A stretch of 64,000 nucleotides of DNA, taken from NCBI GenBank assembly GCA_003138815.1, contig PLHD01000021.1, forward strand, positions 49,316-113,315, read 5' to 3'. Position numbers and translations under genes: made by a program. Shown one piece after another: positions 19,595 to 36,666 of this stretch (its first letter is position 1; every line of letters begins with the position of its first letter). The notes under the pieces were generated by a model. It searched no databases, was not told where the DNA came from, and saw only the letters and a list, made by a program, of their open reading frames with translations. Origin of the DNA: Acidimicrobiaceae bacterium. GTDB lineage: Bacteria; Actinomycetota; Acidimicrobiia; Acidimicrobiales; RAAP-2.

Positions 19595-19598
<4 letters not shown>
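15915..19598 (+). CDS. rpoB: DNA-directed RNA polymerase subunit beta
   Basis: 1227-aa ORF with TTG start 7 nt after GGAGGA; motifs [26 protein letters not shown] and [20 protein letters not shown]. Confidence 0.97.
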
Positions 19599-23623
<4,025 letters not shown>

Positions 23624-23635
23624 CGCCTAGCCAGT

Positions 23636-23660
23636 GCTGCCGGCCCGCCGGGCCGGCAGC
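23636..23660 (+). terminator. GC-rich hairpin after rpoC (terminator-like, weak U tract)
   Basis: GCTGCCGGCCC-gcc-GGGCCGGCAGC, beginning 13 nt after the rpoC stop. Confidence 0.5.
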
Positions 23661-23760
23661 GGGCTTGGCGTTGTGAGGCGATTTGTCCTAGGATGTAAAG
23701 TCCGCGTGCCGGTAGTAGACGGCACGTACCAGAACGAAGCACAACTAGAAGAGGTTCCGC

Positions 23761-24132
23761 GTGCCCACAATTGCACAGTTGGTCAGAAAAGGCCGGCAGG
23801 ACAAGATATCCAAGACCAAGACGCCGGCCCTGAAGGGGGCCCCGCAGCGTCGCGGTGTGTGCACCCGTGTCCACACGGTCACGCCCAAGAAGCCCAACTC
23901 GGCCCTGCGAAAGGTCGCCCGAGTGCGGCTCACCTCCGGCGTGGAGATCACCGCCTACATCCCCGGCGTCGGCCACAACCTGCAGGAGCACTCCATCGTG
24001 CTGGTGCGAGGCGGGCGTGTGAAGGACCTCCCAGGTGTTCGTTACAAGATCATCCGCGGCGCGCTGGACACCTCCGGTGTGCGTGACCGCAAGCAGGCCC
24101 GCAGTCGCTACGGCGCCAAGAAGGAGAAATAA
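23761..24132 (+). CDS. rpsL: 30S ribosomal protein S12
   Basis: GTG start; [31 protein letters not shown]. Confidence 0.97.
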   Translation: MPTIAQLVRKGRQDKISKTKTPALKGAPQRRGVCTRVHTVTPKKPNSALRKVARVRLTSGVEITAYIPGVGHNLQEHSIVLVRGGRVKDLPGVRYKIIRGALDTSGVRDRKQARSRYGAKKEK

Positions 24133-24602
24133 TGCCTCGTAAAGGCCCCGCTGAACGTCGTGAACTTGTCCCGGACCCGATCTACAAGTCGGTGCTGGTG
24201 ACCCAGGTGACCAACAAGATCCTCGAGCGCGGAAAGCGCACCATCGCCGAGCGCATCGTCTACACCGCCCTCGAGCAGGTCGAGCAGAAGACCGGGGCGG
24301 ACCCCGTCGCGGCCCTGAAGCGCGCCCTGGAGAATGTCCGTCCCGAGCTCGAGGTTCGCAGCCGCCGGGTCGGCGGCACGACCTACCAGGTTCCCGTGGA
24401 GGTTCGCCCCCGCCGATCGACCACGCTGGCCATCCGCTGGCTCACCGACTTCGCCAAGAAGCGTCGCGAGAAGACCATGGCCGAGCGCCTCGCCAATGAG
24501 ATCATCGATGCCAGCAACGGCGTTGGCGCCGCGGTCAAGCGCCGCGAGGACATGGCCAAGATGGCCGAGTCCAACAAGGCCTTCGCTCACTACCGCTGGT
24601 AA
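24132..24602 (+). CDS. rpsG: 30S ribosomal protein S7
   Basis: [25 protein letters not shown]; TAATG junction with rpsL. Confidence 0.97.
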   Translation: MPRKGPAERRELVPDPIYKSVLVTQVTNKILERGKRTIAERIVYTALEQVEQKTGADPVAALKRALENVRPELEVRSRRVGGTTYQVPVEVRPRRSTTLAIRWLTDFAKKRREKTMAERLANEIIDASNGVGAAVKRREDMAKMAESNKAFAHYRW

Positions 24603-24620
24603 TCAAAGAGAGTTATTGAA

Positions 24621-26708
24621 ATGACAGCACGCGAATTCCCCCTCGAAAAGGTTCGCAACATCGGCATCATGGCCCACATCGACGCGGGCAAGACCACGAC
24701 GACCGAGCGCATCCTCTTCTACACCGGCAAGAACTACAAGATCGGTGAGGTGCACGAGGGTGCGGCCACCATGGACTGGATGGTCCAGGAGCAGGAGCGC
24801 GGCATCACGATCACGTCGGCGGCGACGACCTGCCAGTGGAACGGCCACCGGATCAACATCATCGACACCCCGGGCCACGTCGACTTCACCGTAGAGGTGG
24901 AGCGCTCACTTCGCGTGCTCGACGGCGCCGTGGCGGTCTTCGACGCCGTGGCCGGCGTGGAGCCCCAGACCGAGACCGTCTGGCGCCAGGCCAACAAGTA
25001 CCACGTGCCGCGCATCTGCTTCGTGAACAAGATGGACCGCGTCGGCGCGGACTTCTTCCGCTGCGTCGACATGATCGCCGACCGCCTCGACTGCGTGCCG
25101 GCCATCATCCAGCTGCCGATCGGCGCGGAGGGCAACTACAAGGGGATCATCGACCTGTGCTCGATGAACGCCACGATCCACCACGACGACCACGGTGAAG
25201 TACTCGAGATCATCGACATCCCCGACGAGTTCAAGGACCTGGCCGAGGAGTACCACCACAAGCTGCTCGACGTGCTGACCCGCTTCGACGACATCTTGAT
25301 GGAGAAGGTGCTCGGCGACGAGGAGATCAGCGCGGCCGACATCCGTCGCGCGCTTCGCGTGGGGACCCTCGAGAACCACTGCGTGCCGATCCTGAACGGC
25401 AGCGCCTTCAAGAACAAGGGCGTCCAGCCGATGCTCGACGCCGTCGTCGACTTCCTGCCGTCGCCCGTCGACCTTCCGCCCACCCAGGGCACCAAGCCCG
25501 GCAAGGAGGAGGTCCTCGAGCGCAAGCCGTCGGACGACGAGCCCTTCTCCGCGCTCGCCTTCAAGATCATGACCGACCCCTACGTCGGCAAGCTGATCTA
25601 CCTGCGCGTGTACTCGGGCACCCTGGAAAAGGGCGACACGGTCGTCAACACGACCAAGGGAATGAAGAAGGAGCGCCTCGGGCGCCTCCTGTTGATGCAC
25701 GCGAACAACCGCGAGGACCTGGACACGATCCGTACCGGCGACATCGTCGCTGCGGTGGGCCTCAAGCAGGTCACGACCGGTGACACGCTGAGCTCGGTCG
25801 ACTTCCCGATCCAGCTCGAGACGCTCACCTTCCCCGAGCCCGTCATCCACGTCGCCGTCGAGCCCAAGACCAAGGCCGACCAGGAGAAGCTCTCCAAGGC
25901 CCTCTACGCGCTGTCCGAGGAGGATCCCACGTTCCGTGTGCGCACCGACGTGGAGACCGGCCAGACCGTCATCTCGGGCATGGGCGAGCTGCACCTCGAG
26001 GTGCTCGTCGACCGCATGATGCGCGAGTTCGCCGTGGACGCCAACGTGGGCAAGCCCCAGGTCGCCTACCGCGAGACCGTACGCAAGAAGGTCGAGAAGG
26101 TCGAGGAGAAGTACGTCCGCCAGACCGGCGGCAAGGGCCAGTACGGCCACGTGGTCATCACCCTCGAGCCCACGGGCCCCGGCGGCGGCTACGAGTTCTG
26201 CGACGAGATCACCGGCGGAGTCATCCCCAAGGAGTACATCCAGCCGGTCAACCAGGGCATCACCGAGGCGCTGACCTCGGGCGTCCTGGCGGGATATCCC
26301 GTGGTGGACGTGCGCGTTCGCCTGACCTACGGCAGCTACCACGACGTCGACTCCTCGGAGATGGCGTTCAAGATCGCGGGATCGATCGCGGTCAAGAAGG
26401 CCGCCCGCCTCGCCAGTCCGGTCCTGCTCGAGCCGATCATGGCCGTCGAGGTCGTGACGCCCGACGACTACATGGGCGACGTCATCGGCGACCTTTCCAG
26501 CCGCCGCGGTCGCGTGGAGGGCATGGAGCAGGTGGGCAATAGCCAGGCAATTAGGGCACTTGTGCCCCTGGCCGACATGTTCGGCTACGCTACTGACCTG
26601 CGTTCTCGCACCCAAGGGCGCGCGACGTACACCATGCAGTTCAATTCCTACGCAGAAGTGCCCGAGTCGATCGCGAAAGAGATCGTCGCCAAGGCTACCG
26701 GCGCGTAA
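24621..26708 (+). CDS. fusA: elongation factor G
   Basis: 695-aa ORF; G1 [19 protein letters not shown] and [21 protein letters not shown]. Confidence 0.97.
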   Translation: MTAREFPLEKVRNIGIMAHIDAGKTTTTERILFYTGKNYKIGEVHEGAATMDWMVQEQERGITITSAATTCQWNGHRINIIDTPGHVDFTVEVERSLRVLDGAVAVFDAVAGVEPQTETVWRQANKYHVPRICFVNKMDRVGADFFRCVDMIADRLDCVPAIIQLPIGAEGNYKGIIDLCSMNATIHHDDHGEVLEIIDIPDEFKDLAEEYHHKLLDVLTRFDDILMEKVLGDEEISAADIRRALRVGTLENHCVPILNGSAFKNKGVQPMLDAVVDFLPSPVDLPPTQGTKPGKEEVLERKPSDDEPFSALAFKIMTDPYVGKLIYLRVYSGTLEKGDTVVNTTKGMKKERLGRLLLMHANNREDLDTIRTGDIVAAVGLKQVTTGDTLSSVDFPIQLETLTFPEPVIHVAVEPKTKADQEKLSKALYALSEEDPTFRVRTDVETGQTVISGMGELHLEVLVDRMMREFAVDANVGKPQVAYRETVRKKVEKVEEKYVRQTGGKGQYGHVVITLEPTGPGGGYEFCDEITGGVIPKEYIQPVNQGITEALTSGVLAGYPVVDVRVRLTYGSYHDVDSSEMAFKIAGSIAVKKAARLASPVLLEPIMAVEVVTPDDYMGDVIGDLSSRRGRVEGMEQVGNSQAIRALVPLADMFGYATDLRSRTQGRATYTMQFNSYAEVPESIAKEIVAKATGA

Positions 26709-26820
26709 GAACGCTGGGTAACCAGCGATAAACAGGTCCAAACCGTCGTCGGGGAGGGCCAAAGAAACCCCGACGGGTCCATAATGGGCCAGTCACTAGA
26801 GAGAAAGTCAGTCCCCGACA

Positions 26821-28008
<1,188 letters not shown>

Positions 28009-28015
28009 TTCGATC

Positions 28016-28339
28016 ATGGCCGACAACCGTCAAATGATCCGAATCCGGCTGAAGGCCTTCGATCACGGAATACTGGACCAGTCCTGCGCGAAGATCGTCC
28101 AGACGGTCGAGCGAACGAACGCCCGCGTCCAGGGGCCCGTGCCCCTGCCGACGGAGAAGCACCGCTACACGGTGGTTCGTGGACCCCACAAGCACAAGGA
28201 CAGCCGCGAGCACTTCGAGATGCGCGTGCACAAGCGCCTCTTGGACATCGTGGACCACACCGCCAAGACGGTCGACTCGCTCCAGCGGCTCGATCTTCCG
28301 GCCGGCGTGGACATCGAGATCAAGATTCGCCAGAATTAG
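28016..28339 (+). CDS. rpsJ: 30S ribosomal protein S10
   Basis: 107-aa ORF; [21 protein letters not shown] and [21 protein letters not shown]. Starts only 7 nt after the tuf stop. Confidence 0.97.
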   Translation: MADNRQMIRIRLKAFDHGILDQSCAKIVQTVERTNARVQGPVPLPTEKHRYTVVRGPHKHKDSREHFEMRVHKRLLDIVDHTAKTVDSLQRLDLPAGVDIEIKIRQN

Positions 28340-28346
28340 CGCCCTC

Positions 28347-28380
28347 GGACCCCTCCAGCGACTTTGCGCTGGCGGGGTCC
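28347..28380 (+). terminator. strong interrupted hairpin after rpsJ (terminator-like, no U tract)
   Basis: GGACCCC-t-CCAGCG-actttg-CGCTGG-c-GGGGTCC, 8 nt after the rpsJ stop. Confidence 0.45.
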
Positions 28381-28393
28381 GGAGGTGTACAGT
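28364..28393 (+). promoter_or_regulatory. candidate internal promoter for rplC and downstream genes
   Basis: TTGCGC-18 nt-TACAGT embedded in the loop and 3' arm of the preceding hairpin. Confidence 0.3.
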
Positions 28394-28579
28394 AAGAAGC
28401 CCCCACATTCGTGGTGGAGTCCGCAATTTCGGTTGCGGTGAACAAGAGATGTGTTCAGTTGCCTTGAAAAGGAACGCTGAACCAAACAAGTCGAGCGCTC
28501 CGTTCGGGTTTTGTGACCCGGCGGAGCGTCTGTGTGTCGGACGAACCGATACGCAGAATTTCAGTAGAGAGAGGCAAAC

Positions 28580-29239
28580 GTGGCGGCCAAAGCGATCGTC
28601 GGCGAGAAGGTGGGCATGACCCAGGTCTGGGACGACCAGAACCGGGCCATACCTGTCACGGTTGTCCGTGTCAGTCCAGCTCGCGTCGTCCAGGTAAAGA
28701 CTCCCGAGAAGGAGGGCTACAGCGCCCTGCAGGTCACGTGGGGCACGCGCCGCACGTCGACGCTGTCAAAGCCTGAGATCGGGCACTTCGACAAGTCCGG
28801 CGTCACGCCGGGCAAGAAGCTCGTCGAGCTGCGCCTCGATGACGTCACCGGCTACAGCGTGGGCCAGGAGATCCTGGTCGATGTGCTGGAAAAGGGCGAG
28901 ATGATCGACGCCACGGCCGTCTCCAAGGGAAAGGGTTTCACCGGCAGCATGAAGCGCCACAACTTCTCCGGACAGGGCGCTTCGCACGGTAACCACAAGC
29001 ACCACCGTGCGCCGGGATCGATCGGCGCCTGCGCCACGCCCGGACGCGTCTTCAAGGGCACCAAGATGTCGGGCCGCTCCGGTGGCGGCCAGGTGACCAC
29101 GACCAACCTCGAAGTGATCGGGGTCGACGTCGAGCGCAGCCTCATCCTCGTGAAGGGTGCCGTTCCCGGTCCCCGCGGCGGCGTGGTGGTGCTGCGCACC
29201 TCGGTGAAGAATCCGATGAAGGCCGGAGGCAAGCGATGA
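28580..29239 (+). CDS. rplC: 50S ribosomal protein L3
   Basis: GTG start after AGAGAGAGG; GEKVGMTQVWDDQNRAIPVTVV and FKGTKMSGRSGG. Confidence 0.97.
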   Translation: MAAKAIVGEKVGMTQVWDDQNRAIPVTVVRVSPARVVQVKTPEKEGYSALQVTWGTRRTSTLSKPEIGHFDKSGVTPGKKLVELRLDDVTGYSVGQEILVDVLEKGEMIDATAVSKGKGFTGSMKRHNFSGQGASHGNHKHHRAPGSIGACATPGRVFKGTKMSGRSGGGQVTTTNLEVIGVDVERSLILVKGAVPGPRGGVVVLRTSVKNPMKAGGKR

Positions 29240-29916
29240 GCGATGTCTTTACCCTGCGCGGTCCCGTCAAGAAGGACCGACCCGAGCCCGCCAAGCGCTC
29301 GGTGACCCGAAAGAGCCTCGACGGCCAGGAACTGGGCACCGTGGACCTCGAGCCCACGATCTTCGGCATCCAGCCGAACATGGCCGTGCTGCACCAGGTC
29401 ATCAAGGCCCAGCTCGCCGCCAAGCGTTCCGGCACCCAGTCCACCAAGACCCGCAAGGAAGTCAGCGGTGGCGGCCGCAAGCCGTTCAACCAGAAGGGGA
29501 CCGGCAGCGCCCGTCAGGGAACGATCCGCGCGCCGCAGTACCCGGGCGGTGGAATCGCGCTCGGGCCCAAGCCCCGCAAGTACGACCAGAAGACCCCGAA
29601 GAAGATGATCCGCCTCGCCCTGTTCTCGGCGCTGTCGGACCGCGCCGAGATGGAGCGCGTCTGCCTCATCGACGGCTTCTCGACCTGGTCCCAGCCCAAG
29701 ACCAAGGAGGCGCTCGTCGCCCTGTCGGCGCTCGGCCTGGACGGCAAGGTGCTGGTGGTGCTGACGCGCGAGGACGACGTGGCCTACCACTCGTTCGCCA
29801 ACCTCCAGAACGTCAAGACCATCGACGCCGGCGAGATCAATGCCTACGACATCTTGGACGCGGACTGGATCGTCTTCACCGACGCCACGTTGCCCGTCGC
29901 GAGGGAGACCAACTAA
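29236..29916 (+). CDS. rplD: 50S ribosomal protein L4
   Basis: 226-aa ORF; KPFNQKGTGSARQGTIRAPQYPGGGIALGPKPR; ATGA overlap with rplC. Confidence 0.97.
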   Translation: MSDVFTLRGPVKKDRPEPAKRSVTRKSLDGQELGTVDLEPTIFGIQPNMAVLHQVIKAQLAAKRSGTQSTKTRKEVSGGGRKPFNQKGTGSARQGTIRAPQYPGGGIALGPKPRKYDQKTPKKMIRLALFSALSDRAEMERVCLIDGFSTWSQPKTKEALVALSALGLDGKVLVVLTREDDVAYHSFANLQNVKTIDAGEINAYDILDADWIVFTDATLPVARETN

Positions 29917-30206
29917 TGCGTGATGCCATGAGCGTTCTCATCCGTCCGGTGGTCTCCGAGAAGACCTACGCGCTGATGGAGAAGCGTACCTACGTGTTCG
30001 TGGTCGACCCCAGGGCGACCAAGATCGACGTGCGCAACGCCGTCGAGCAGGCCTTCAACGTGAAGGTCACCAACGTCAACACTCTCAACCGCAAGGGCAA
30101 GTCGACGCGCAATCGTCGCACCGGTGTCACGGGCCAGCGCCCGGGCACGAAGCGGGCCATCGTCACCCTCAAGCAGGGCGACTCGATCAACCTCTTCGAG
30201 AGCTAA
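29916..30206 (+). CDS. rplW: 50S ribosomal protein L23
   Basis: 96-aa ORF; [43 protein letters not shown]. Confidence 0.95.
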   Translation: MRDAMSVLIRPVVSEKTYALMEKRTYVFVVDPRATKIDVRNAVEQAFNVKVTNVNTLNRKGKSTRNRRTGVTGQRPGTKRAIVTLKQGDSINLFES

Positions 30207-30214
30207 GGACAGGC

Positions 30215-31048
30215 ATGGCACTGCGTCATCGCAAACCCACCAGCCCCGGTCGTCGTTTCCAGACGGTGTCGGACTTCGCTGAAATCACCAAGAGCAGCCC
30301 GGAGAAGTCGCTGCTCGCACCCAAGCCCAAGACGGGTGGCCGCAACAACTACGGCCGCAAGACTTCGCGTCACCGTGGTGGCGGCCACAAGCAGCAGTAC
30401 CGCATCATCGACTTCAAGCGTAACAAGGACGCCATCCCCGCCAAGGTCGCCGCGATCGAATACGACCCGAACCGCACGTGCCGTATCGCCCTGCTGCACT
30501 ACCTCGACGGCGAGAAGCGCTACATCCTCGCGCCCAACGGCCTCAAGGTCGGCGACATGGTCGAGTCCGGCCCCAAGGCCGACATCCGTACCGGCAACAC
30601 GCTGCCCATGCGCTTCATCCCCACCGGTTCGACGGTCCACAACGTGGAGCTTCGTCCTGGCGGCGGAGGCAAGATGGCCCGCAGCGCCGGGATGGGCGTG
30701 CAGCTCGTCGCCAAGGACGGCGGCTTCGCCACCCTGCGCCTGCCCTCCACCGAGATGCGACGCGTGTCGATCGACTGCCGCGCCACGCTCGGCATCGTTG
30801 GCAACTCGGAGCACGAGCTCATCAAGATCGGCAAGGCCGGACGCAACCGCTGGAAGGGCATCCGCCCCCAGACGCGCGGCGTGGCGATGAACCCGGTCGA
30901 CCACCCGCTCGGTGGTGGTGAGGGCAAGACTTCCGGTGGACGCCACCCGGTGTCGCCGTGGGGTCAGCCAGAAGGTCGTACGCGTCTGCCAAAGCAGTCG
31001 GACGCGCTCATTATTCGTCGCCGCCGTGGACGCGGCGCGCGGAGGTAG
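30215..31048 (+). CDS. rplB: 50S ribosomal protein L2
   Basis: [21 protein letters not shown]; [29 protein letters not shown]. Confidence 0.98.
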   Translation: MALRHRKPTSPGRRFQTVSDFAEITKSSPEKSLLAPKPKTGGRNNYGRKTSRHRGGGHKQQYRIIDFKRNKDAIPAKVAAIEYDPNRTCRIALLHYLDGEKRYILAPNGLKVGDMVESGPKADIRTGNTLPMRFIPTGSTVHNVELRPGGGGKMARSAGMGVQLVAKDGGFATLRLPSTEMRRVSIDCRATLGIVGNSEHELIKIGKAGRNRWKGIRPQTRGVAMNPVDHPLGGGEGKTSGGRHPVSPWGQPEGRTRLPKQSDALIIRRRRGRGARR

Positions 31049-31055
31049 GTAGACA

Positions 31056-31334
31056 ATGTCACGCAGCTTAAAAAAGGGCCCTTTCATCGACGCCCACCTG
31101 TTGAAGAAGGTGGACGCGATGAACGCCGCTAACGAGAAGAAGGTCATCAAGACCTGGAGCCGTCGCTCGACGATCATCCCCGACATGGTCGGCCACACCT
31201 TCGCCGTGCACGACGGGCGCCGTCACGTTCCGGTCTTCTGCAACGAGTCCATGGTGGGCCACAAGCTCGGCGAGTTCGCTCCGACGCGCACCTTCCGGTT
31301 CCACGCCGGCCAAGAGAAGACGGGCAGGCGCTGA
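31056..31334 (+). CDS. rpsS: 30S ribosomal protein S19
   Basis: [19 protein letters not shown]; [16 protein letters not shown]. Confidence 0.97.
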   Translation: MSRSLKKGPFIDAHLLKKVDAMNAANEKKVIKTWSRRSTIIPDMVGHTFAVHDGRRHVPVFCNESMVGHKLGEFAPTRTFRFHAGQEKTGRR

Positions 31335-32016
31335 TGACCGGTCCCAAGACCAACGAACGTCCGGGAACCCGGGCCACCCTGCGCGGCTATCACATGTCGG
31401 CGAGCAAGGCCCGCGTGGTGCTGAACCTCGTGCGCAACGAAGACGTGAACACCGCCCGCGAGATCCTGGCGGGCACCACCCGCGAGGCCGCAGGCGTCAT
31501 CGGCAAGGTGCTGGCGTCCGCCGTCGCCAACGCCGTGACCAACGACGGCATGAACGCCGATGAGCTCTACATCTCGGCGGCCTTCGCCGACGAGGGCATC
31601 ACCATGAAGCGCTTCACGCCCCGTGCGCGCGGACGGGCCGGCAAGATCCTCAAGCGCTCGTGCCACATCACGGTGATCGTGTCGCGCCTGGACGAGGATC
31701 GCCTCGAGGTCCTGCGCGCCCAGCGCAACGCCCAAGCGGCCGTGTCGCGCACGCGCCGGGTGGCGTCGTCGCGCCGTCGCGCCGACCAGCAGGCGAGCCT
31801 CAACAAGCGCGAGGCCGCGGCCGAAGAGGTGGAGGTCGAGCCGGTCGACACCGACGTGGTCGAGACCGAGATGGTCGAGAACGCCATCGTCGAGCAGCAG
31901 GTCATCACCGATGTGGTCGACGGCGAGGTTCTCGACGCCGAGGTCGAAGAGACGTCCGCTGAGGAGACTCCCGCGGACGAGACGGTGTCCGACGACACCA
32001 CGGAGGAGACGAACTA

Positions 32017-32017
<1 letters not shown>
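31334..32017 (+). CDS. rplV: 50S ribosomal protein L22 with about 108-aa basic-then-acidic C-terminal extension
   Basis: Core [33 protein letters not shown] ends near residue 119; the tail spans 31691-32014. Confidence 0.95.
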
Positions 32018-32955
<938 letters not shown>

Positions 32956-32957
32956 TC

Positions 32958-33395
32958 ATGTTGATGCCCCGCAAGGTAAAGCACCGTAAGCAGCACCGTG
33001 GTCGCATGACCGGCATGGCCAAGGGCGGCGTCGAGCTGACCTTCGGCGACTTCGGCATCCAGGCGCTCGAGCGCGGCTGGATCACCGCGCGCCAGATCGA
33101 ATCGGCACGTATTGCCATGACCCGACACGTCAAGCGTGGCGGGAAGGTCTGGATCCGCGTCTTCCCGGACAAGCCGGTCACCCAGAAGCCGGCCGAGACC
33201 CGCATGGGCTCGGGCAAGGGCAACCCCGAGTTCTGGGTCGCCGTCGTGAAGCCGGGACGCATCATGTTCGAACTCGGTGGCGTGGACGAGACCCTGGCGC
33301 GCGCCGCCATGGAGCGGGCCATCCAGAAGCTGCCGATCAAGGCCAGGTTTGTCGTTCGCCCCGGCACCCACGGCACACCGGAGGTAACCATCTAA
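32958..33395 (+). CDS. rplP: 50S ribosomal protein L16
   Basis: [24 protein letters not shown]. Trimmed from track ORF 31911-33395, whose upstream part is out-of-gene read-through. Confidence 0.96.
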   Translation: MLMPRKVKHRKQHRGRMTGMAKGGVELTFGDFGIQALERGWITARQIESARIAMTRHVKRGGKVWIRVFPDKPVTQKPAETRMGSGKGNPEFWVAVVKPGRIMFELGGVDETLARAAMERAIQKLPIKARFVVRPGTHGTPEVTI

Positions 33396-33628
33396 TGGCC
33401 AAGACCAAAGAACGCACTGCGGAGCTCCGGCTCCTCGGCGACGCGGAGATGCTGGAGCGCTTGAGCGAGGCTCGTCGCGAGCTGTTCAACCTGCGCTTCC
33501 AGCTCGCCACCGGTCAGCTCGACAACTCGGCACGGCTTGGCGAGGTGCGCAGGGAGATCGCGCGCCTGGTCACGTTCCTGCGCGAGCGTGAAATCGCGGC
33601 CCACGAGGCCGCTGAGGAAGGTGAGTAG
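33395..33628 (+). CDS. rpmC: 50S ribosomal protein L29
   Basis: 77-aa ORF; [35 protein letters not shown]. Confidence 0.93.
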   Translation: MAKTKERTAELRLLGDAEMLERLSEARRELFNLRFQLATGQLDNSARLGEVRREIARLVTFLREREIAAHEAAEEGE

Positions 33629-33630
33629 TC

Positions 33631-33909
33631 ATGACTGACACCACGAACGACACGTCCCGCGAGAATCCCCGCAAGGTCCGAGAGGGCATCGTCGTCTCGA
33701 ACAAGATGGACTCGACGCTGGTCGTCGCGGTGAACGAGCGGGTGAGCCACCCCCGTTACTCCAAGACCGTCCAGCGCACCAAGAAGCTCTACGTCCACGA
33801 CGAGAAGAACGAGGCCAAGATCGGCGACCGCGTGCGGGTCCAGGAGACCCGTCCGCTGTCCAAGCTCAAGCGCTGGCGCCTGACCGAGATCGTGGAGCGT
33901 GCTCGATGA
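33631..33909 (+). CDS. rpsQ: 30S ribosomal protein S17
   Basis: [34 protein letters not shown]. Confidence 0.95.
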   Translation: MTDTTNDTSRENPRKVREGIVVSNKMDSTLVVAVNERVSHPRYSKTVQRTKKLYVHDEKNEAKIGDRVRVQETRPLSKLKRWRLTEIVERAR

Positions 33910-34274
33910 TTCAGCAAGAGTCCCGCCTCAAGGTGGCCGACAACAGCGGTGCGAAGGAAGTCCTCTGCATTCGCGTGCTCGGCGGATCGCGCCGGCGTTA
34001 CGCCTCGATCGGCGACGTCTTCATCGCCACGGTCAAGGACGCCATCCCCGGCGCCCAGGTGAAGAAGGGTGACGTGGTTCGCTGCGTCGTCGTTCGCACC
34101 GCCAAGGAGAAGCGCCGTCCCGACGGTTCCTACATCAAGTTCGACGAGAACGCCGCGGTGCTGATCAACGATCAGCTCCAGCCGCGCGGCACCCGAATCT
34201 TCGGGCCCGTCGGCCGCGAGCTTCGCGACAAGAAGTTCATGCGCATTATTTCCCTGGCGCCGGAGGTGCTGTAA
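33906..34274 (+). CDS. rplN: 50S ribosomal protein L14
   Basis: [28 protein letters not shown]. Confidence 0.98.
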   Translation: MIQQESRLKVADNSGAKEVLCIRVLGGSRRRYASIGDVFIATVKDAIPGAQVKKGDVVRCVVVRTAKEKRRPDGSYIKFDENAAVLINDQLQPRGTRIFGPVGRELRDKKFMRIISLAPEVL

Positions 34275-34579
34275 TGAAGATCCGTAAGGGTGACGACGTG
34301 CTCGTGCTCGCGGGTAAGTTCCGCGGTGAGCGGGCCAAGGTCGAAGAAGCCTTCCCGGCCACCAACAAGGTGATCCTCGATGGCCTCAACGTGGCCAAGC
34401 GCGCCACGAAGCAGACCGGCGCGACCATGCAGGCCGGCATCATCGACAAGCTGATGCCGCTGCACGTGTCGAACGTCGCGCTCTGGTGCACGGGCCACAA
34501 GGGCCCCGCCAAGGTCGGTTACCGCGAGGCAGACGGCGTGAAGATCCGCGTCTGCCGCAAGTGTGGAGAGGCGCTATGA
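34274..34579 (+). CDS. rplX: 50S ribosomal protein L24
   Basis: [26 protein letters not shown] motif. Confidence 0.95.
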   Translation: MKIRKGDDVLVLAGKFRGERAKVEEAFPATNKVILDGLNVAKRATKQTGATMQAGIIDKLMPLHVSNVALWCTGHKGPAKVGYREADGVKIRVCRKCGEAL

Positions 34580-35139
34580 GTACCACCGTTCGCCCGCGTT
34601 TGAAGGTCCGCTACGACCAGGAGATCCGCGCGGCCTTGCAGGAAGAGCTGGGCCTCGACAACATCATGCAGGTGCCCCGCCTGACCAAGATCGTGCTGAA
34701 CTCCGGGGTCGGCAAGGCCACCCAGCAGGTCTCGCTGCTCGAAGGCGCCCAGCGCGACCTCGAGCAGATCACGGGCCAGAAGCCGATCGTGACGCGCGCC
34801 AAGAAGTCGATCGCGAGCTTCAAGCTGCGCGAGGAGCAGGCCATCGGGACCAAGGTCACCCTGCGCGGCGACCGCGCCTGGGAGTTCTTCGACCGGCTCC
34901 TGAGCCTGGCCATTCCCCGCATCCGTGACTTCCGAGGCCTGTCGCCGAATTCGTTCGACGGCCGAGGGAACTACACGTTCGGCATCAACGACCAGCTGAT
35001 CTTCCCCGAGATCGACTACGACAAGATCGACGCGCCGCGTGGTTTCGACATCACCATCGTCACCACGGCCGCGAACGACGAGCAAGGGCGCGCATTCTTG
35101 CGCGCCTACGGCTTCCCCTTCAAGCAGGAGAATCAATAG
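34576..35139 (+). CDS. rplE: 50S ribosomal protein L5
   Basis: ATGA overlap with rplX; [26 protein letters not shown] and [25 protein letters not shown]. Trimmed from track ORF 34486. Confidence 0.96.
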   Translation: MSTTVRPRLKVRYDQEIRAALQEELGLDNIMQVPRLTKIVLNSGVGKATQQVSLLEGAQRDLEQITGQKPIVTRAKKSIASFKLREEQAIGTKVTLRGDRAWEFFDRLLSLAIPRIRDFRGLSPNSFDGRGNYTFGINDQLIFPEIDYDKIDAPRGFDITIVTTAANDEQGRAFLRAYGFPFKQENQ

Positions 35140-35141
35140 AC

Positions 35142-35327
35142 ATGGCGAAGAAAGCTCTCCGAATCAAGCAGCAGCAGACCCCGAAGTTCTCGACGCGTGC
35201 CTACACGCGCTGCGAGCGCTGTGGCCGGCCGCGCTCGGTGTACCGCAAGTTCGGCCTGTGCCGCATCTGCCTGCGTGTGATGGTGCACGCCGGCGAGGTG
35301 CCGGGCGTGACCAAGGCCAGTTGGTAG
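35142..35327 (+). CDS. rpsN: 30S ribosomal protein S14, zinc-binding type Z
   Basis: 61 aa; CERCGRP...CRIC zinc ribbon. Confidence 0.95.
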   Translation: MAKKALRIKQQQTPKFSTRAYTRCERCGRPRSVYRKFGLCRICLRVMVHAGEVPGVTKASW

Positions 35328-35335
35328 GTGCTGAT

Positions 35336-35740
35336 ATGACAATGACCGACCCAATCGCCGACATGCTCACGCGAATCCGCAACGCGAACTCCGCCATGTT
35401 CGACAGCGTCAAGATGCCCAGCTCGAAACTGAAGGAGAGCCTCGCCAAGGTCCTCCAGAGGGAGGGTTTCATCGCCGGCTTCACCGTCACCAAGGTGGAG
35501 GGCAAGCCCGCGCCGATCCTCGAGATCACCCTGAAGTACTCCGAGGACCGCCGCAAGACCATCGTCGGCATCAAGCGCGTCTCGAAGCCGGGACTGCGCA
35601 TCTACAAGAAGTCCGACCAGATGCCCAAGGTCCTCGGCGGCGTCGGCGTGGCCGTCGTCTCGACGAGCCACGGCCTCATGACCGACCGCGAGGCTCGCAA
35701 GGCCAAGCTGGGTGGAGAGGTGCTGTGTTATGTCTGGTAA
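35336..35740 (+). CDS. rpsH: 30S ribosomal protein S8
   Basis: [20 protein letters not shown]. Trimmed from track ORF 35039. Confidence 0.96.
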   Translation: MTMTDPIADMLTRIRNANSAMFDSVKMPSSKLKESLAKVLQREGFIAGFTVTKVEGKPAPILEITLKYSEDRRKTIVGIKRVSKPGLRIYKKSDQMPKVLGGVGVAVVSTSHGLMTDREARKAKLGGEVLCYVW

Positions 35741-35770
35741 CCAGTCGACAGTTTCCCGGGAGGTTCGCTG

Positions 35771-36310
35771 ATGTCGCGCATCGGACGTAGTCCAATCACG
35801 GTTCCCTCGTCGGTGAGCGTCGACGTCGTCGACGGCGTCGTCACGGTGAAGGGCCCCAACGGGACCATGCACCGAACGCTGCCCGACGGCATCACCCTTC
35901 GCCAGGACGGCGATGTGCTCAACGTCGAGCGGATCAACGACGAGACCATGTACCGCTCCCTGCACGGCCTGACGCGCACGCTTGTCTCCAACATGGTGAC
36001 CGGCGTGACCGACGGCTGGCGCAAGGAACTCGAGATCATCGGCGTGGGCTACCGCGCCGCCGCCGGCGCGACGGGGGTCCTGGACCTCGCGCTCGGTTTC
36101 TCGCACCCCGTGCAGTTCACCGCCCCCGAGGGGATCACCTTCGAGGTGCCCCTGCCGACGCGCGTGATCATCAAGGGTGCCGACAAGGAGGTCGTCGGCC
36201 AGGTGGCCGCGTCGATCCGCAAGCTCCGAAAGCCTGAGCCCTACAAGGGCAAGGGCGTGCGCTACCTCGGCGAACGAGTGGTGCGCAAGGCCGGAAAGGC
36301 AGCAAAGTAA
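35771..36310 (+). CDS. rplF: 50S ribosomal protein L6
   Basis: [19 protein letters not shown]; [16 protein letters not shown]. Confidence 0.96.
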   Translation: MSRIGRSPITVPSSVSVDVVDGVVTVKGPNGTMHRTLPDGITLRQDGDVLNVERINDETMYRSLHGLTRTLVSNMVTGVTDGWRKELEIIGVGYRAAAGATGVLDLALGFSHPVQFTAPEGITFEVPLPTRVIIKGADKEVVGQVAASIRKLRKPEPYKGKGVRYLGERVVRKAGKAAK

Positions 36311-36666
36311 TGGCCCGTTCTACCTATGAATTGCGTCTGCGCCGTCACAAGCGCATCCGCCGCCGCCTCAGCGGCACGGCGGAGCGTCCGCGCGTCGCGG
36401 TGAGCCGCTCCAACAGGCACATCTCGGCACAGATCATCGACGACGTCGCCGGGCGCACCCTGGCCGCCGCGTCGTCGGTCGAACCGTCCCTCAAGGGCAC
36501 CAGCGGTGGCAACATCGACGGCGCCAAGGCCGTGGCCGCCCTGCTCGCGCAGCGCGCCCAGGCCGCCAACATCACCACGGTGGTCTTCGACCGCGGTGGC
36601 TTCGACTACCACGGTCGCGTGGCCGCCTTCGCGGACACCCTGCGCGCCGCCGGACTGGAGTTCTAA
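36310..36666 (+). CDS. rplR: 50S ribosomal protein L18
   Basis: [35 protein letters not shown]; [20 protein letters not shown]. Confidence 0.96.
   Translation: MARSTYELRLRRHKRIRRRLSGTAERPRVAVSRSNRHISAQIIDDVAGRTLAAASSVEPSLKGTSGGNIDGAKAVAALLAQRAQAANITTVVFDRGGFDYHGRVAAFADTLRAAGLEF

Noticed and set aside
23671-23701. rpsL promoter call (TTGTGA-19-TAAAGT)
   Set aside because: The spacer is too long and the -35 is weak. It may be real, but I cannot support it from sequence alone, so it is not listed as a feature.
28009-28015. Classical S10 leader upstream of rpsJ
   Set aside because: The tuf-rpsJ gap is 7 nt, so no leader can exist there. The structured RNA candidate lies downstream of rpsJ instead.
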